From a virus: a stretch of DNA of 43,872 bases. How positions within the stretch are numbered: position 1 is the stretch's first letter; each line of letters starts with the position of its first letter. Location: the IMG/VR virus record IMGVR_UViG_3300045988_074520. One strand, given 5' to 3'. The translations under genes and the position numbers were made by a program. This document shows, in pieces, positions 41,346-43,872 of the stretch. The notes below the pieces were generated by a model. It was not told the DNA's origin and made no database searches. It was given only the letters and a program-made list of their open reading frames with translations.

Positions 41346-42515
41346 TTACGCATTTGCGGTTACTGTCGCATGTCCTGCGCTCAGTGCCTTATAGGTGCTG
41401 TCACACTCAACTACGGTAATGGTCTGACCTGTAGTCGCGGTGATGTCAGACTTACCATCCCATGCGCTCCAGTTCTTTACGTTCTGTCCATACTCTACAG
41501 TGGTCTCAGATGATGCCACTTTGTACTTATAGACGTTGCCAGCGTTGCCCTTTTCTGGACTAACAGTAATCTTCGTTGTTCCGCTGGATGAGCCTGCTGC
41601 AGACTGCACAGTCAGATCACCAAGAGTCTGAGATGATCCGAATGTAATGACAGAGATAGCGTCCAGGTACTCAGCAAATAGCACCATACCCATGATCGCA
41701 AACGCCTCGGATACTGCGGTGCTGTAGTTGCCCTGAGTATGGAAGCCAATCAGGTTTGTTTCACCGGACACAGTGTAAGAGAGTCCAGCACGCGCAAAGT
41801 CTGAATCACTCGGGTCAACATAGTAAAGCACAATGTTGTCCACAGGCGTAGCAATCACCTTTCCACGCGGGATTTCGCTGTCAGACAGAAGGAATACGGT
41901 ATTAAAGCCCATAAAATCCTTCAGGTACTGGAAACCGAACTGATTCTGAACAGTAATGTTCGCAGTACCAAGATACTCATAAACGTCAAGGATGTTTACG
42001 AATCCAACAACACCATTCGGAATGGAACGGTGCATGTTTTTAAACTTGTCCTCAACGCGGCCTTTTGCCATAGCGAGAGCCATCTGGAAAGTGTTCTCGG
42101 TAGAGGTAAGAGTACCAGTCTTAAGATAGGTGTAAAATTTTCCCGTCACATCCGTCTGGAGCTGGAAGAGGAACTCTTCATCCGTCATCTCCACAGCCAC
42201 ATCGTAGCCATAAGTCTTGATCGCCTCGATGGATACAGCCTTTGCATACTTCTCCACATCCATTTCAGCATACTCTTTTTCTTTTACCTCGAATTTGGAG
42301 TAAGGGATTTCGTCACCCTCTGCGACCTTACCGCTCTGTAAGGTTCCGGTGGCGTATTTAGATTTCAGAGTTGCTCCAGGTTCTTTTTTGATCATCCTCA
42401 GCACTCCGAGAATTTCCCGGAGGTGTTCCCAGTTCCGTTCGAATCTGGTAACAAAATCAATCTCTCGGGCGCGCACCTGGATGTTTTCGGTTTTGATAAG
42501 ATTTTGTTTTGCCAT
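41346..42515 (-). CDS. Major capsid protein with C-terminal Ig-like decoration domain
   Basis: Position after the scaffold gene, 389 aa. The C-terminal ~90 aa (TVQSAAGSSSGTTKITVSP...TVTANA) look Big_2/Ig-like. Confidence 0.8.
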   Translation of the reverse strand: MAKQNLIKTENIQVRAREIDFVTRFERNWEHLREILGVLRMIKKEPGATLKSKYATGTLQSGKVAEGDEIPYSKFEVKEKEYAEMDVEKYAKAVSIEAIKTYGYDVAVEMTDEEFLFQLQTDVTGKFYTYLKTGTLTSTENTFQMALAMAKGRVEDKFKNMHRSIPNGVVGFVNILDVYEYLGTANITVQNQFGFQYLKDFMGFNTVFLLSDSEIPRGKVIATPVDNIVLYYVDPSDSDFARAGLSYTVSGETNLIGFHTQGNYSTAVSEAFAIMGMVLFAEYLDAISVITFGSSQTLGDLTVQSAAGSSSGTTKITVSPEKGNAGNVYKYKVASSETTVEYGQNVKNWSAWDGKSDITATTGQTITVVECDSTYKALSAGHATVTANA

Positions 42516-42595
42516 TAAAAAATCCTTTCTACCCATAGCTTTTAAAAGGTTTGTGGGTTAGCGGTCATACTCAAATCGCATGATCGGTAAGCGAA

Positions 42596-43228
42596 TTACT
42601 CAAACAGAGCCATGTTACTTGCAATGGCCGCCTGGCGCTCGCTTGTGTCCTTGATGTCCTTGATTTCTTTCTTGGTCATCTTGCCCGGCTTGTTGTTATG
42701 TGTAATACCAGTAGTAAATCGTGCCTGGTTCTGAATTGCCGTCTGCTGGTCATCGTCAACAAACGCAGATGCATCGTCTTTCTTCATCTGCTCCAACAGG
42801 TCATTAAGGCCAAGAATCTTTCCGTCCTTAAGCTTAAGACCGGCATCCTTGATATCAGCCATAACCGCCTTTTTCGCCGATGTGGAAGAGAATTTAACAT
42901 CTTCCAGTGCGGTTTTGAGAGCATCCGCAAAATCTCTTTCATAGATCTTGTCGTTATACTCTTTCTCTGCATCTGCCGCTTTCTGTTTCCAGGTTGCAAG
43001 CTCACCATTAATGCTTTCCGGGTCAATTCCCTCAAAACTCTTAAGAGTGTTTTCTGCTGTCTCTGCACGTTCTTTCCAGGCATCACGCTCACCCTCTACC
43101 TTAGTGAGTGTTTTCGTAACCTCTCCGGCGTTTTTGTAATGCTCAGACAGTGCTTTTTTCACATCTGCCTGCTTATCCTCCGGAATCTCGATGCCAAATG
43201 ATCCAAGTGTTTCAATAAGTTTCTGCAT
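42596..43228 (-). CDS. Scaffolding protein (phage GP20-like)
   Basis: AGGAGGATAGAT RBS. Helical, charged 210-aa protein directly upstream of the capsid gene. Confidence 0.75.
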   Translation of the reverse strand: MQKLIETLGSFGIEIPEDKQADVKKALSEHYKNAGEVTKTLTKVEGERDAWKERAETAENTLKSFEGIDPESINGELATWKQKAADAEKEYNDKIYERDFADALKTALEDVKFSSTSAKKAVMADIKDAGLKLKDGKILGLNDLLEQMKKDDASAFVDDDQQTAIQNQARFTTGITHNNKPGKMTKKEIKDIKDTSERQAAIASNMALFE

Positions 43229-43306
43229 ATCTATCCTCCTGGCCGTGTTTATTGACCTGCCGCCGCAGGTAAATGGATTAAGCCCGATAGACCACGGGCG
43301 GGGTAA

Positions 43307-43379
43307 TGGACCGTCAGGGATTCGAACCCCGGACCACCCGGTTATGAGCCTGGCGCTCTCACCGCTGAGCTAACGGTCC
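43307..43379 (-). tRNA. tRNA with CAT anticodon (Met elongator or lysidine-type Ile2), 73 nt, no encoded CCA
   Basis: Manual cloverleaf: GGACCGT/ACGGTCC acceptor, GCTC/GAGC D-stem, anticodon loop CTCATAA, T-arm CGGGG-TTCGAAT-CCCTG. One A-G mismatch in the anticodon stem. Confidence 0.75.
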
Positions 43380-43380
43380 T

Positions 43381-43413
43381 AAAACACCGGTTGCAATATG
43401 TAGCCGGTGTTTT
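43381..43413. terminator. Symmetric hairpin (10-bp stem AAAACACCGG/CCGGTGTTTT) abutting the tRNA 5-prime end
   Basis: Read directly, with a 13-nt loop. A/T runs are part of the stem, so it could act in both directions. Confidence 0.55.
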
Positions 43414-43700
43414 AAGAAAGAAGTCGATGTGAAAAAGTCTTGCTGCATTGGCTAGGGGTGAACAGCAAGAACCCTCACGGCGGTCGTAAGCCGCCTTAAC
43501 AGCCTATCGGCTATGAGGGAAAAGGAGGATTTTGCCAAAAGCAAAAATCCGTGCCATTGGTATGGCAAATACGCACGCCGGGAATTTCGCCCGCTTTTAA
43601 CCTCCGGGATAACCCGTTTATATTAAGGGCGTGCGTGGGAGGTGTAAATTGGCTAGCAAAGATTAACCTCCTGTGAATCTTTGCTGCACTTATAATGTAT
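43414..43700. ncRNA. Candidate structured non-coding RNA or other structured DNA element (strand undetermined; the minus strand fits the flanking transcription)
   Basis: No ORF of 60 aa or more in any frame. At least eight Watson-Crick helices of 4-10 bp, including a three-way junction and a possible pseudoknot (coordinates in the findings). Confidence 0.45.
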
Positions 43701-43872
43701 CATTTATCCGTATGTAAGCTATCCACACGTTTATAACATATCTCTAAGTTTATCAACATACCGCTTCACAAGGTCACGTTCTTCGCGGCACTCCGCGTCC
43801 TTTGACATGTCCCCAATCTCAGCGGTCAGCCCATCCAGATGCTCTTCCAGTGCTGCAAGCATCTTGCGCTTG
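43701..43872 (-). CDS. C-terminal end of the junction-spanning gene (same gene as 1-529); stop TGA at 43701-43703
   Basis: The frame is continuous from the repeat copy: ...KRYVDKLRECYKRVDSLHTDK*. Confidence 0.6.
43754..43872. repeat. Terminal direct repeat, identical to 1-119
   Basis: Read base by base. Confidence 0.9.

Larger units (their letters stand above)
1..43753. mobile_element. Complete temperate siphovirus-type phage genome, circular assembly unit
   Basis: Terminal 119-bp exact overlap. Full set of lysogeny, early, packaging, head, tail and fibre modules. Integrase plus attP with a tRNA 3-prime fragment. Confidence 0.85.

Noticed and set aside
43414-43700. Known small ribozymes or housekeeping RNAs (hammerhead, tmRNA, RNase P, SRP, 6S) as the identity of the structured element. 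I also considered a 37-codon plus-strand ORF starting at 43513.
   Set aside because: There is no CUGAUGA...GAAA hammerhead core, no tRNA-like 3-prime end with a tag ORF, and no RNase P or SRP conserved boxes that I can recognise. The short ORF has no RBS.

Overview
The window is one complete temperate siphovirus-type phage genome of a Gram-positive (Clostridia-like) host, assembled as a circle. Bases 1-119 are repeated exactly at 43754-43872, so the unit length is 43,753 bp, and one minus-strand gene spans the junction.

Almost all genes are on the minus strand. In transcription order they form these modules:
- Switch region (23.5-23.75 kb).
- Early, recombination and replication genes (21.9 -> 12.8 kb): Sak/Rad52-like annealing protein, NinB-like protein, Hjc-like resolvase, DUF6291-type replication protein, DUF551 and ASCH proteins, and a second tyrosine recombinase.
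- A terminator, then ParB-methyltransferase, TerL, portal, a lysin-like gene and an SPP1 gp7-like head protein (11.5 -> 5.3 kb).
- An accessory island of about 8.7 kb that splits the head module (5.35 kb, through the junction, to 43.26 kb).
- GP20-type scaffold, capsid, connector, tail, tape measure and fibre genes (43.2 -> 28.2 kb).

The plus-strand lysogeny module (22.1-27.3 kb) holds an ImmR-like repressor, an ImmA metalloprotease, membrane morons, the integrase and an attP carrying the 3-prime part of a type-II tRNA.

The observations most worth following up:
1. A candidate intragenic inverton in the distal tail-fibre gene. In-frame 14-bp inverted repeats flank two tail-to-tail alternative C-termini.
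2. An ORF-free, helix-dense region of about 290 nt next to a phage tRNA(CAT).
3. An accessory operon with a BclA-C/C1q-like gene and a Gly/Cys-rich membrane protein.
4. A holin translationally coupled to a DUF4417 gene inside the connector module, with a canonical-looking lysin placed elsewhere.
5. An early protein built from 16 perfect-period 27-bp (nonapeptide) repeats.
6. Face-to-face consensus promoters at the lysis/lysogeny switch.

All functional calls rest on motif recognition by eye. No database search was run.
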